From Truepera sp. (lineage in GTDB: Bacteria > Deinococcota > Deinococci > Deinococcales > Trueperaceae), in contig CBDCKW010000009.1 in NCBI GenBank assembly GCA_965218435.1, positions 672,001-736,000 of the forward strand: DNA of 64,000 nt. The letters run 5' to 3'. The position numbers were made by a program, and so were the translations under genes. Shown here in pieces: positions 43,683 to 53,031 of the stretch (positions are counted from its first letter, which is position 1; the number at the start of each line of letters is the position of its first letter). The notes beneath the pieces are model-generated. The model was not told the DNA's origin. It saw nothing but the letters and a program-made list of their open reading frames with translations, and did not search any database.

Positions 43683-44000
43683 AAAAAAACGCCCCAAGTT
43701 ATGATTGGGACGCCTGAATGTTTTAACAAACGAGCGTGCTACCACCCAACTTCGCCGGTGCGTCACCGCACGGGCCTCTGTGATTGCCCCCACGTTAAGC
43801 TGGTAAAACCAAGCTAAAATAGGGGAGAACCTGCCGCTGTGACGTGCGGCTCACGTTCCAGTCTACTCAGGTTATAAACCCTTTCGGTGGACGGCTCGAG
43901 GCTGATGTTCGTAAGTTTCGCGTATCGCCGGGCTCTCACCGTCCCCGGTTCGCTTCAGACCGCCTCTAAACCCCTACTCGTGCCTGTCATCGCCTTTCTA
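43683..44000 (-). ncRNA. T-box riboswitch leader of ileS (Ile specifier AUC) with intrinsic terminator
   Basis: Minus strand: AGCGA bulge, GGTGAGA loop, specifier GAAC-ATC-AG (43904-43906), T-box AAGTTGGGTGGTAGCACG, terminator CGTCCCAA..TTGGGGCG-TTTTTTT. Confidence 0.9.
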
Positions 44001-44033
44001 AGTTGTATCCCTACTGTTTTGCATCGTCTGCGC

Positions 44034-44063
44034 TTTACATCCGCGCGTAACCATGCGTATACT
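44034..44063 (+). promoter_or_regulatory. Putative sigma70 promoter of rho
   Basis: TTTACA-N18-TATACT. Confidence 0.55.
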
Positions 44064-44295
44064 CAGGTTAGCAGCACTTTATAGGCACGTCAACACGCCG
44101 CGCTGCACACCCGCTGACAACCTAGTGCCCGTCAATAGTGCATAGTTACAATGGCGTTAACATCCGGGTGGCGCAGCCTTATGAAGCTAGACAATTTTGC
44201 TGTCACGTGGGCCTTTTAAGGCTGCCTGAGATTCTAGCTTGACCATTTAGTTTATCCAGCTTCACCAGCTATTTACGCACGAAAGTCGAGTCCAC

Positions 44296-46026
44296 ATGAG
44301 CGAAGCCAATGACGATACCCAGACCTTAACGGCGACTGACGAGATTGCGCCGCAACCGCGCCGCCGAGGTCGGCCCAAGGGCAGCGGGCGCAAAAAAGAC
44401 CCGGAAACCCAAGCAGAACCGACCATAGAAACGACCACGGGAACAACTGTAGCTGCTACCTCAGCCGCTGCAGACCCTGTTGCGGCCAGTGATGAAGTAG
44501 CCGAACCACCCAAACGCCGGGGCCGCCGTCCAAACCGTCCACGGCCCGAGCCGAGCGAAAGCGAAGCGGCGGAACCCGAGCAAGACACACGCGCCCGCAG
44601 AGACACCCAAAGAGATACTGATAGGGATAACGAGGCTCGAGCCGGAACCAGCGACGCCCGTAATAACGAAGACGACGCCGACGAGTCCGACGAACCCGCA
44701 GCCCGCACGAGTGACCGGGGCGATACTGAAACCACCCCGCGCCGTGGCCGCAATAGCCGCAACTCGCGTCGCCCGACGCTTAACTACCGCGACTTACAAG
44801 CCAAAATCTTACCCGAGTTGCACCTGCTTGCCATCGAAGTTGGGTTGTCGGATTACCGGCAGCTGAGCAAAGATGAGCTAGCGGTCGCTATTTTAGAACG
44901 CGCCTCGGAAGCCGAAGGGTTACGCCTCGTCAAAGGTTACCTGGAGATTTCTTCCGACGGTTACGGCTTTTTGCAAGAATCGCTGCTGCAAAATAATACC
45001 CGTTCGGTGATCGTGTCAGCGGGGCTGATCAAGCAGTTCAAACTTCGTACCGGCGATTTTATCTTAGGTAAAGCGCGTCGCCCGCGTGATAACGAACGTT
45101 ACGGGACGCTGATCCGAGTTGAAGCTGTCAACGGCGTTGACCCCTTTCAAGCGGCCAAACGTCCCCGCTTCGACGACCTGGTACCGATGTTTCCCGACGC
45201 ACGGATCAAGCTCGAGACCACCCAAAATGAGGTCGCCGCGCGCGTGATTGACCTCTTGGCTCCCATCGGGCGCGGTCAGCGCGGGCTCATCGTCGCGCCG
45301 CCTAAAGCCGGTAAAACGACCCTGCTCAAAAAAATTGCTAATTCGGTCGTGCAAAACGAGCCCGACATCAAGGTCATCGTACTTTTAGTTGACGAGCGTC
45401 CCGAAGAGGTCACCGATTTTCGTGAGTCGGTTTCGGGTGTCGAGGTCATCGCCAGCACCTTTGACGAGCCGCCGACCAACCACATCCGCGTCGCGGAGTT
45501 TGTCCACGAACGCAGCCGCCGTATCGTTGAAGAGGGTGGTCACGTGATGATCCTCTTAGATTCGATCACGCGTCTGGCGCGGGCGAATAACTTGGTGACG
45601 CCGCCGACCGGTCGGACCCTTTCGGGTGGTCTCGACTCATCGGCGCTCCACTGGCCCAAACGCTTTTTAGGTGCGGCCCGCAACATTCGCGGCGGCGGCT
45701 CACTCTCAATTTTAGCGACTGCCTTGGTTGAAACGGGCTCCCGCATGGACGACGTGATCTTTGAAGAGTTTAAGGGTACCGGTAACATGGAACTGCACCT
45801 CTCGCGCCGCTTGGAAGAGCGCCGCATCTTCCCGGCGATTGACATCCTCAAATCGGGCACGCGCCGCGAAGACCTGCTTTTAGGCGAAGATGTGCTGGCG
45901 AAGATGTGGCTCCTGCGCAAAGTCATCTCCGATATGGACCCCGCTGAAGCGATGGATATGCTCTTATCACGGATGAGCCGCGTTAAAACTAACGGCGAGT
46001 TCTTGTCGTCACTGGGACAAGGTTAA
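44296..46026 (+). CDS. rho: Transcription termination factor Rho with long N-terminal extension
   Basis: GYLEI..DGYGFL, PIGRGQRGLIVAPPKAGKT, LLDSITRLARA and FEEFKGTGNMEL. Confidence 0.97.
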   Translation: MSEANDDTQTLTATDEIAPQPRRRGRPKGSGRKKDPETQAEPTIETTTGTTVAATSAAADPVAASDEVAEPPKRRGRRPNRPRPEPSESEAAEPEQDTRARRDTQRDTDRDNEARAGTSDARNNEDDADESDEPAARTSDRGDTETTPRRGRNSRNSRRPTLNYRDLQAKILPELHLLAIEVGLSDYRQLSKDELAVAILERASEAEGLRLVKGYLEISSDGYGFLQESLLQNNTRSVIVSAGLIKQFKLRTGDFILGKARRPRDNERYGTLIRVEAVNGVDPFQAAKRPRFDDLVPMFPDARIKLETTQNEVAARVIDLLAPIGRGQRGLIVAPPKAGKTTLLKKIANSVVQNEPDIKVIVLLVDERPEEVTDFRESVSGVEVIASTFDEPPTNHIRVAEFVHERSRRIVEEGGHVMILLDSITRLARANNLVTPPTGRTLSGGLDSSALHWPKRFLGAARNIRGGGSLSILATALVETGSRMDDVIFEEFKGTGNMELHLSRRLEERRIFPAIDILKSGTRREDLLLGEDVLAKMWLLRKVISDMDPAEAMDMLLSRMSRVKTNGEFLSSLGQG

Positions 46027-46279
46027 ACAACTAGAGGCGAACCGTGTCACCAAAGCTCTACGCCGTAATGCCACGCGCCGTTTCTGCTAACTCTCAGCGC
46101 GGCGTAGGCGGTTTCAGCTGTTTCTCCGAGATTCGCTTAAGTTGCTTCCTGTAACTGCTAAGGTTTCGCCTTTAGATGGCGTTTTCCTCAACCGTGATAC
46201 TTATTGTTACAGTGTCGGCCAGGTATTCAGCAACCGCCCATCCATCGGCTAGAGTGAACCTCGGAATCGTTCCGATTTC

Positions 46280-46309
46280 TTGACGTGGTAGCGCCGCACG
46301 TTCTATAGT
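46280..46309 (+). promoter_or_regulatory. Putative promoter of the rrf2 gene with upstream inverted repeat
   Basis: TTGACG-N18-TATAGT. TCGGAA-tcg-TTCCGA at 46261-46275. Confidence 0.5.
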
Positions 46310-46335
46310 CGTTTAAGCGAATCCAGGAGGAAAGC

Positions 46336-46782
46336 ATGTGGGTTTCGACACGCGCACAATACGGAATGCGGGCACTTGTAGAGATTGCCCTTAGCAGCGA
46401 ACCAACCAGCCTCAAGGTCGTTTCTGACCGGCAAAACATCAGCCAGCACTATTTAGAGCAGATTATCGCAGTCTTGCGCCGTGCCGGAATCGTTGAATCT
46501 ACACGGGGCGCGTATGGCGGTTACCGCGTCACTCGGCCCTTAGAGCAGGTGACGGCCTTAGAGGTTGTCGAACTGATGGAAGGCAGCCTCGCGCCGGTCG
46601 CGTGTATCGAAGACACCGACGCTTGCGAACACACCGGGCAGTGCTCGACCGAGACACTCTGGAACCGCGTAGATAACGCCGTCCGTGACGTGCTGGGTAA
46701 CACCACGCTGGCGCAGCTCGTCTCCGAGCGGCAGCTCTTGCAGTTAGAACCTTTGCCCGAACAATTCGCCGGTATCAACTAA
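46336..46782 (+). CDS. Rrf2-family regulator (IscR/CymR-like, three Cys)
   Basis: STRAQYG.RAL, IS..YLEQI, S.RG..GGY and C-x6-C-x5-C. AGGAGG RBS. Confidence 0.9.
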   Translation: MWVSTRAQYGMRALVEIALSSEPTSLKVVSDRQNISQHYLEQIIAVLRRAGIVESTRGAYGGYRVTRPLEQVTALEVVELMEGSLAPVACIEDTDACEHTGQCSTETLWNRVDNAVRDVLGNTTLAQLVSERQLLQLEPLPEQFAGIN

Positions 46783-46873
46783 AAGCCTTTTATCCACTTT
46801 ACGGCGTGAGAGATCACGCCGTTTTTCTTGCCAGCTGACGCTTTTTTCTATTTACAGCACCTAAAATAAACCC

Positions 46874-48007
46874 ATGAACGTATACCTTGACTACGCTGCC
46901 ACAACCCCGCTCGAGCCCCTCGTGCTGCAGGCGATGCTCCCGGCACTTAGCGCCGATTACGGCAACCCGGCGTCTCTCCACCGTGCGGGTCAGCGGGCAC
47001 GTAGCGCAGTCGAGACGGCGCGAGAGCAAGTTGCTGGGGCCGTCCATGCTCAGCCCCGCGAAGTCACCTTTACGTCGGGCGCGACCGAAGCCGATAACCA
47101 CGCCCTGCGCGCCTACGCCGCAAAATTTCCGGGCGGGCATATCGTCACGAGTTTGCTCGAGCACGCCGCCGTGTTAAGCACGTGCAGGTATCTCGAGACC
47201 CAAGGTTGGCAGGTGACTTACCTAAAACCCAACGCACGCGGTGAAATCACCCCGGACACGGTGCAAGGGGCATTACAACCCGACACCTTTTTGGTTGCGC
47301 TGATGCTCGTCAACAACGAAACCGGCGTCGTTACCGACGTTCCGGCCATCAGCCAAATCGTTCATGAAGCGGGCGCGGTGCTTTTTTGTGATGCGGTGCA
47401 GGCTTTTGGCGTGATGGACGTGGACGTGCAGCAGCTAGGCGTAGATATGCTGGCGCTCTCGGCGCACAAAGTCTACGGCCCCAAAGGGGTCGGGGCGCTC
47501 TATGTCAGGCGTGGCCTCGAGCTTCCCCCTTTTTTGCTCGGCGGTGAGCAAGAACGCGGTCTCCGCGCAGGAACTCTGAACGTTCCGGCGATTGTCGGGT
47601 TTGGTCGGGCGGCAGAGTTGGCGCAAGAGCGTTTGGCGACAGACCCACTCGAGACTGCCCGGTTACGGGATAGGCTCGAGGCCCAACTCCTCAAAATTGA
47701 CGGCGTAAGCCTCAACGCCCCCGGTGCGCCGCGCAGCCCAAAGCATCTCAATGTCCGGGTTGTCGGGGTAGACGGGGAAGACCTGTTGATGGGGTTAGAC
47801 GCCGCTGGAGTCTACGCGAGCGCGGGATCGGCGTGCGCAGCGGGGACGCTCGAGCCCTCTCACGTCTTGTTGGCAATGGGCCTGAGTCACCGTGAAGCGA
47901 AGGCGAGTATCCGGTTGTCGCTAGGGCGCGGGGTTACGGCTGAAATGGTAGATTTTACGGCGAAAGCGTTTGCTGAGGTTGTAGAGCGGTGCCGCGTCCT
48001 TGTATAG
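46874..48007 (+). CDS. iscS: Cysteine desulfurase (IscS/NifS type)
   Basis: YLDYAATTP, FTSGATEA.N, NNETG, SAHK.YGPKG and SAGSAC. Confidence 0.92.
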   Translation: MNVYLDYAATTPLEPLVLQAMLPALSADYGNPASLHRAGQRARSAVETAREQVAGAVHAQPREVTFTSGATEADNHALRAYAAKFPGGHIVTSLLEHAAVLSTCRYLETQGWQVTYLKPNARGEITPDTVQGALQPDTFLVALMLVNNETGVVTDVPAISQIVHEAGAVLFCDAVQAFGVMDVDVQQLGVDMLALSAHKVYGPKGVGALYVRRGLELPPFLLGGEQERGLRAGTLNVPAIVGFGRAAELAQERLATDPLETARLRDRLEAQLLKIDGVSLNAPGAPRSPKHLNVRVVGVDGEDLLMGLDAAGVYASAGSACAAGTLEPSHVLLAMGLSHREAKASIRLSLGRGVTAEMVDFTAKAFAEVVERCRVLV

Positions 48008-48034
48008 AACTTGTGCTTGATTTCGTTGAGCTTT

Positions 48035-48850
48035 CTATACCGCAGTTTTTAAGCGGAGACGTACAACTAAAGCGGGTGGCGTCTCTTTATAGTTTTCCCA
48101 CGATGACCACCTGTTCTCGTCTGGCCCCGAGCTACTTATAGGTTCTTCCAACCCGTCTAATACGAAACCGGCTTGAAAGCAAGTTTTAAGTAGAGAGCTG
48201 ATGGGACGATGAAAAAGGTAATGTGGCGCGGGCTGGCCTACTATACCGATGCCGCGTTCCGCTTGCGGCGTTAGATACCGGGAAACTTTGACCGAATAAA
48301 CCGTAGTGAGTTTACCGTCGCGGTCCTCCATTTCTACTACCTTTGCAGCACCATTCGAGTTGAAACAAGGGTGCTGAACCGAAAAAATAAACCGCCCCTG
48401 GGGTTTGAGAAGGCGGCCTAGCGCCAAAAGTAAAGGCTCGATTGTAGGCATATCCATCAGCGCCATATTGCATACGGCAGCGTCGAAACGCCTCTCCCCG
48501 AGTGCTAAAAGCTCGCTTTCTTGAGTTGCGTCAATTAGCACGTAGTCAATAGATTCAGCCGGGTTCAGCGTCCGCGCTTTGGCACGCTCGAGTAATGTCT
48601 CACTAAAGTCAGACGCGACGACATGGACGCCGAACCGTGCAAGTGTACGTGCAAAAGCACCATTACCACAAGCGACTTCTAGTATAGACTCATCCTTAAC
48701 TGGTGCAAGAAGGTCTAGCGTAGCGGGCTCCACAATCGCTCGGTGAAAGCGGTTGCCAAGATCGCCGAGAATGCCGTCCCAGAAGGTAGCATTTTGCTCC
48801 CAAATCTCTCGAGTTTCTTGAACAAGATTTTCGTCTTTATTGTCTTCCAT
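48035..48850 (-). CDS. Class I SAM-dependent methyltransferase
   Basis: ILEVACGNG, ASDFS, FDAAVCNMALMD and LLKPQGRFIFS..HPCF. Confidence 0.9.
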   Translation of the reverse strand: MEDNKDENLVQETREIWEQNATFWDGILGDLGNRFHRAIVEPATLDLLAPVKDESILEVACGNGAFARTLARFGVHVVASDFSETLLERAKARTLNPAESIDYVLIDATQESELLALGERRFDAAVCNMALMDMPTIEPLLLALGRLLKPQGRFIFSVQHPCFNSNGAAKVVEMEDRDGKLTTVYSVKVSRYLTPQAERGIGIVGQPAPHYLFHRPISSLLKTCFQAGFVLDGLEEPISSSGPDENRWSSWENYKETPPALVVRLRLKTAV

Positions 48851-48941
48851 GTTCTACCTCTTCAAGATTTGAAAAGCGACGAATAACATATTCACGTAAC
48901 ATGTCGTCCGTCGCTTGCTGTACGTTGCTATTCTTAGAGTA

Positions 48942-50138
48942 TTAAGCCGTCCTCTGCCGCTCTGCCTGCGCCAAAATCCTCTGTGGGTCGTCCAAGTTCT
49001 CGAGGTTGATGTTAATCGCCGAGAGGTCGTTTCCTGGCACCTCATACATCAGCTCTAAAAGTGTTTTTTCCATGACCGAGCGCAAACCGCGCGCGCCTGT
49101 GCCTCTGGCTTTGGCACGTTTGGCAATTTCATATAAAGCCGATTCGTTAAAGCTGAGGTCAACGTGCTCGAGCCGAAACAGCTCCCGGTACTGCTTCACA
49201 AGCGCATTTTTCGGTTTGGTCAACACGTCTACGAGCGCCTCGAGGCTGAGTTGATCCAAACTGGCAGTGACCGCTAAGCGCCCGATAAGTTCAGGTATCA
49301 GCCCGAACCGTACGAGGTCTTCGGGCGTGACTTTGGCCGCGACGTTTTCACCCTTGGTCTCGCCTTGGTAGCCGAAACCGACTTTCGACACGTCGGTGCG
49401 GTTGCGGATAATGCTGTCTAGTCCCTCAAACGCGCCGCCGCAGATAAACAAGATGTTCGAGGTGTCAACGGCAATCAGTTCTTGGTGTGGGTGTTTGCGT
49501 CCACCTTGTGGCGGCACGTGCGTGACCGAACCCTCGACGATTTTAAGGAGAGCTTGCTGGACGCCTTCGCCTGAGACGTCACGGGTGATGCTCGTGCCTT
49601 CACTTTTGCGGGCGATTTTGTCAATCTCGTCAATGTAGATGATGCCGCGCTCTGCCGCTTCGACGTTGTAGTCGGCGGTTTGCAGAAGCCGCACGATGAT
49701 ATTTTCTACGTCGTCACCGACATACCCGGCTTCAGTCAGCGTGGTGGCGTCGGCAATGGCAAAGGGTACCTGTAAAATCCGTGCGAGCGTCTGGGCGAGA
49801 AGTGTTTTACCCGTTCCGCTTGGGCCGAGCAGCAAGATATTGGCTTTTTGTAACTCCGAGTCGGGGTGCTGGAGCCGCAGGTAGTGGTTAAACACCGCGA
49901 CGGCGAGCGTCTTTTTCGCCTCGTCTTGTTCGACGACGTAGGCGTCTAGCTGCGCTTTAATCTCGCGGGGCGTCACCGGGTGCGGCAGCGGTGCGCTGCT
50001 TCCTTTAGCCTGCGCCAACACCTGCGAGATACGCACCACGCAGTCGCTACAGATATGCGTGACACCGTTTTCAGCCGCGACGAGGTGACGCACCTCGGCG
50101 TGCGTCCGACCACAGAAATTACACCGGGCTTGCGCCAC
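48942..50138 (-). CDS. clpX: ATP-dependent Clp protease ATPase subunit
   Basis: Zn finger CNFC...[31 protein letters not shown] and GARGLR. Confidence 0.97.
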   Translation of the reverse strand: MAQARCNFCGRTHAEVRHLVAAENGVTHICSDCVVRISQVLAQAKGSSAPLPHPVTPREIKAQLDAYVVEQDEAKKTLAVAVFNHYLRLQHPDSELQKANILLLGPSGTGKTLLAQTLARILQVPFAIADATTLTEAGYVGDDVENIIVRLLQTADYNVEAAERGIIYIDEIDKIARKSEGTSITRDVSGEGVQQALLKIVEGSVTHVPPQGGRKHPHQELIAVDTSNILFICGGAFEGLDSIIRNRTDVSKVGFGYQGETKGENVAAKVTPEDLVRFGLIPELIGRLAVTASLDQLSLEALVDVLTKPKNALVKQYRELFRLEHVDLSFNESALYEIAKRAKARGTGARGLRSVMEKTLLELMYEVPGNDLSAININLENLDDPQRILAQAERQRTA

Positions 50139-50771
50139 CTATTCGTCTCCCTCGGGGAGTCCGGGGGTGCTAAAACGCTCCAACCCTCGCGGTTCGACCA
50201 CCCGGTCAATCAGACCGTACTCTTGCGCGGCTTGCGGGTTCATAAAAAGGTCGCGTTCCATATCGCGCAAGAGTTTTTCGCGGGTGTAGTTGCGGTTCGT
50301 GTGGCGTTCGTAGAGGTCAACCATCTGGTCACGTAGGTATAAGACCTCTTTGGCCTGTACCTCGACGTCCGGCGTATTGCCGCGAAACCCCGACGAACCC
50401 TGATGAATCATGATACGGCTGTGCGGCAGGGCGGCCCGTTTGCCCTCGGCTCCGGCCATCAGGATCACGGAACCCATCGACATGGCGATACCGACGCAGG
50501 TGGTCGCTACCGGTGCGCTGATAAACTGCATCGTGTCGTAGATCGCGAGTCCGGCGTAGACCTCACCGCCGGGGCAGTTGATAAACACGCTGATCTCTTG
50601 TTCGGACGACTGTGAATCGAGTAGGAGAAGCTGCGCCACGATGACGTTGGCAACTTCACTGTCTATCGGCGAACCCAAAAAGATGATGCGCTCTTTTAAG
50701 AGGCGGCTGTAAACGTCGTACATCCGTTCACCGCGCCCGGTTTGTTCGATCACGTAGGGGACTAAGGGCAT
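50139..50771 (-). CDS. clpP: Clp protease proteolytic subunit
   Basis: DVYSRLLKERII, INCPGG, AMSMG and RIMIHQ. Confidence 0.97.
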   Translation of the reverse strand: MPLVPYVIEQTGRGERMYDVYSRLLKERIIFLGSPIDSEVANVIVAQLLLLDSQSSEQEISVFINCPGGEVYAGLAIYDTMQFISAPVATTCVGIAMSMGSVILMAGAEGKRAALPHSRIMIHQGSSGFRGNTPDVEVQAKEVLYLRDQMVDLYERHTNRNYTREKLLRDMERDLFMNPQAAQEYGLIDRVVEPRGLERFSTPGLPEGDE

Positions 50772-50844
50772 AAAAGGCTCCTCACCTTAAATCTCTTAAA
50801 GCAGTTGGGTCTACTTCTTGGTTTACTGTCTACTCTACTGTGGC

Positions 50845-52335
50845 TCAACGTACTTCAGATTCTACCGAAGTTTCGCCGGTGTTGTCACGCGGGTCGTCGT
50901 TACTTTGGTTGTTGTCCTGAGTGTCGCTCGAGCCGTCGGCCTCAGTTTGACCTGGTGCGGCAAATTGTGACGTCTCGGCCTGGGTTCCACCTTGTGCGGC
51001 GAGCAGTTCTTGCACCGTCTCACGGACAGCTTTGTCGCGGGTTAAGAGAAAGCGGTAGTTGGCTAAGCCCGACTCACCGAGTTCTTGCCGCAGGGCTTGC
51101 GGCGTGCTGTTCTGGCGCTGGGCGGTGTAGGCGAGGGCCGCATCGAACTCTTCGTTTGGCATGGTGGTGCCGTGCTGCTCGAGCAGTCTCTCCAACACCA
51201 AATCGCGTTTAACGGCGTTTTCAGCGGCCTCGTCGAGTTCTTGATCAAACTCGGCGCGTTTGCCCTCTTCGGCGTCTAAGTTCTCTAGGTAGCCCTGCAA
51301 CGTTGCACCTTGCGTCTCGAGTTCACGTGCGAGGTTTTGCAGCAGGCTGCTCTTACGGCGCGTTTTCAGGCTCGGCGGCACGGAGACGTTGGTCTCTACG
51401 AGCAGCTTTTCGGTAAACTCTTCTTGCTGGGCGCTGAGGGCGTCTTGGGCGAGTTGCAGCTCGAGGTTCGCCCGCAACTGCGTTTCGACCTCGGCCCAGG
51501 TCTCGAGGCCCAAGGTCTGTGCAAACTCGTCGTCGAGTTCAGGGAGTTCTTTGTCTTTGACGTCTTTGACGACGACCCGCAACGTCGTGGGTTCGGCTGC
51601 CGGTTCCGGCTCCGTTTCAGCTTCGGCTACTGCCGCGTCAACCGCTATGTCGGCGTCGGTAAGGGCTTCCGGTTCGACTACTACGTCTTCATTCGTATCT
51701 TCGTCATCTTCCGAAAGCCTTAGCTCGATCTCGTCGCCGACACTTTTGCCCAGAAACTGCTCGGCCAGTTCAGGCGCAACGTTTTCTAAGTCTACGGGGA
51801 TGCTCGAGCCTTCGCCGCCGTCTTCGCTGACGGTTTCAACGAGCAGATAATCCCCGGCTTCGGCGGGGCGCTCAACGGGAATGAGCGTCGCATTTTGATT
51901 GCGGAGCGCCTCGATATTCTCTTGCAGAAGCTCGTCCGTGACGGGTTCTTGCTCGGTATCTAAGACGATCTGCGTCACGTCGGGCAGCTCAAAGTCAGGA
52001 TAGAGTTCGACCTCGGCCTCGAAGCTGTAATCTTCGCCGTCCGTGGGTTCGTGGGCGTGAATATGCTGCGAGACCGGCGTCAGCGACAACTCCTCGACGG
52101 CTTGCGGAAAATAGGTCTGGACGAGCGCGTCCCGCACCTCTTGGGCGATGGCGTCTTTGCCGACGCGCGTTTCGATCACGCCGCGCGGCGCTTTTCCAGG
52201 GCGAAAGCCGGGGACGCGAATCTGCCTCGAGATACTGCTTAACACCTGCTGATAGGTTTTGGTTACGTCGTCCGCCGGAACCTCGATTTTAATCTTGGCG
52301 CGTCCGGCGTCTCTTTCAATAATCTGTGTTTGCAT
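50845..52335 (-). CDS. tig: Trigger factor
   Basis: Ribosome-binding VPGFRPGKAP and KELPELDDEFA. Upstream of clpP-clpX. GAGGAG RBS. Confidence 0.93.
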   Translation of the reverse strand: MQTQIIERDAGRAKIKIEVPADDVTKTYQQVLSSISRQIRVPGFRPGKAPRGVIETRVGKDAIAQEVRDALVQTYFPQAVEELSLTPVSQHIHAHEPTDGEDYSFEAEVELYPDFELPDVTQIVLDTEQEPVTDELLQENIEALRNQNATLIPVERPAEAGDYLLVETVSEDGGEGSSIPVDLENVAPELAEQFLGKSVGDEIELRLSEDDEDTNEDVVVEPEALTDADIAVDAAVAEAETEPEPAAEPTTLRVVVKDVKDKELPELDDEFAQTLGLETWAEVETQLRANLELQLAQDALSAQQEEFTEKLLVETNVSVPPSLKTRRKSSLLQNLARELETQGATLQGYLENLDAEEGKRAEFDQELDEAAENAVKRDLVLERLLEQHGTTMPNEEFDAALAYTAQRQNSTPQALRQELGESGLANYRFLLTRDKAVRETVQELLAAQGGTQAETSQFAAPGQTEADGSSDTQDNNQSNDDPRDNTGETSVESEVR

Positions 52336-52560
52336 TGGCATCTCCTCGAGCCGCACCCTCAACGTCTGGCAAGCTGCGGCGAAACGGTCTAGTCTAACCT
52401 GCCAGCTACCCGTCTCTGGTTATAAACGTCCTTACAACAAAGAATTGTTGCTGAGCCGCGTTTATAGACGTTTCCAGTCAACCTTACGGGCGCAAACGCA
52501 GTATCGTCCGGCTTCCAGGTATAAGCACCTGTGTGACTAAAGTTTACAAAAAGTCGCCAT

Positions 52561-52584
52561 AAAAAAAGCAAGCCGAAGCTTGCT
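52561..52584 (-). terminator. Intrinsic terminator after tRNA-Leu
   Basis: AGCAAGC-ttcg-GCTTGCT followed by a T run on the minus strand. Confidence 0.8.
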
Positions 52585-52586
52585 GT

Positions 52587-52671
52587 TGGTGCGAGGAATG
52601 GGACTTGAACCCACACACCTTACGGTACTAGATCCTAAGTCTAGCGCGTCTACCAGTTCCGCCATCCTCGC
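52587..52671 (-). tRNA. tRNA-Leu (anticodon TAG)
   Basis: GCGAGGATGGCGGAACTGGTAGACGCG-CTAGA-CTTAGGA-TCTAG, long variable arm, GGTTCAAGTCC, encoded CCA. Confidence 0.96.
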
Positions 52672-52674
52672 GTG

Positions 52675-52755
52675 CCAGAGGTATCATCTTTGAGCAAAGA
52701 TCAGAGGTATCATCTGTGACTTACTCACGTCACGTACCGAAGATGATACCTCTGG
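52675..52755. repeat. 81-bp element with 16-bp perfect terminal inverted repeat and internal direct repeat
   Basis: CCAGAGGTATCATCTT (52675-52690) and AAGATGATACCTCTGG (52740-52755). Second direct copy CAGAGGTATCATCT at 52702-52715. Confidence 0.85.
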
Positions 52756-52792
52756 AGGTGTCGCCTTATCAGGGATGCTACTCCTCATTTAT

Positions 52793-52870
52793 TGGGGTGG
52801 ATGATGGGATTTGAACCCACGACCCCCGGAACCACAATCCGGTGCTCTAACCTACTGAGCTACATCCACC
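52793..52870 (-). tRNA. tRNA-His (anticodon GTG, encoded G-1)
   Basis: GGTGGATGTAGCTCAGTAGGTTAGAGCA-CCGGA-TTGTGGT-TCCGG...GGTTCAAATCCC-ATCATCCACCCCA. Confidence 0.96.
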
Positions 52871-53031
52871 ACATAGCTACCTATAAAGCTGACGCAGGGC
52901 TCGAGCCTGGCCCAAGAAGGCCAAAATATCACTTTTAGCCCGTTAATGCAAACGTCTAACTACCCTCAATCTCAGCAAGCTAACACTGGTAAGTACAGCC
53001 CGTAGTTAATCCCTGCTTTAACCTTTGCTGT

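Noticed and set aside
52675..52755. Mini CRISPR array or prophage att site near the tRNAs
   Set aside because: Only two short direct copies with a spacer of about 12 nt, no cas or integrase genes, and no duplicated tRNA 3' end seen in the window.
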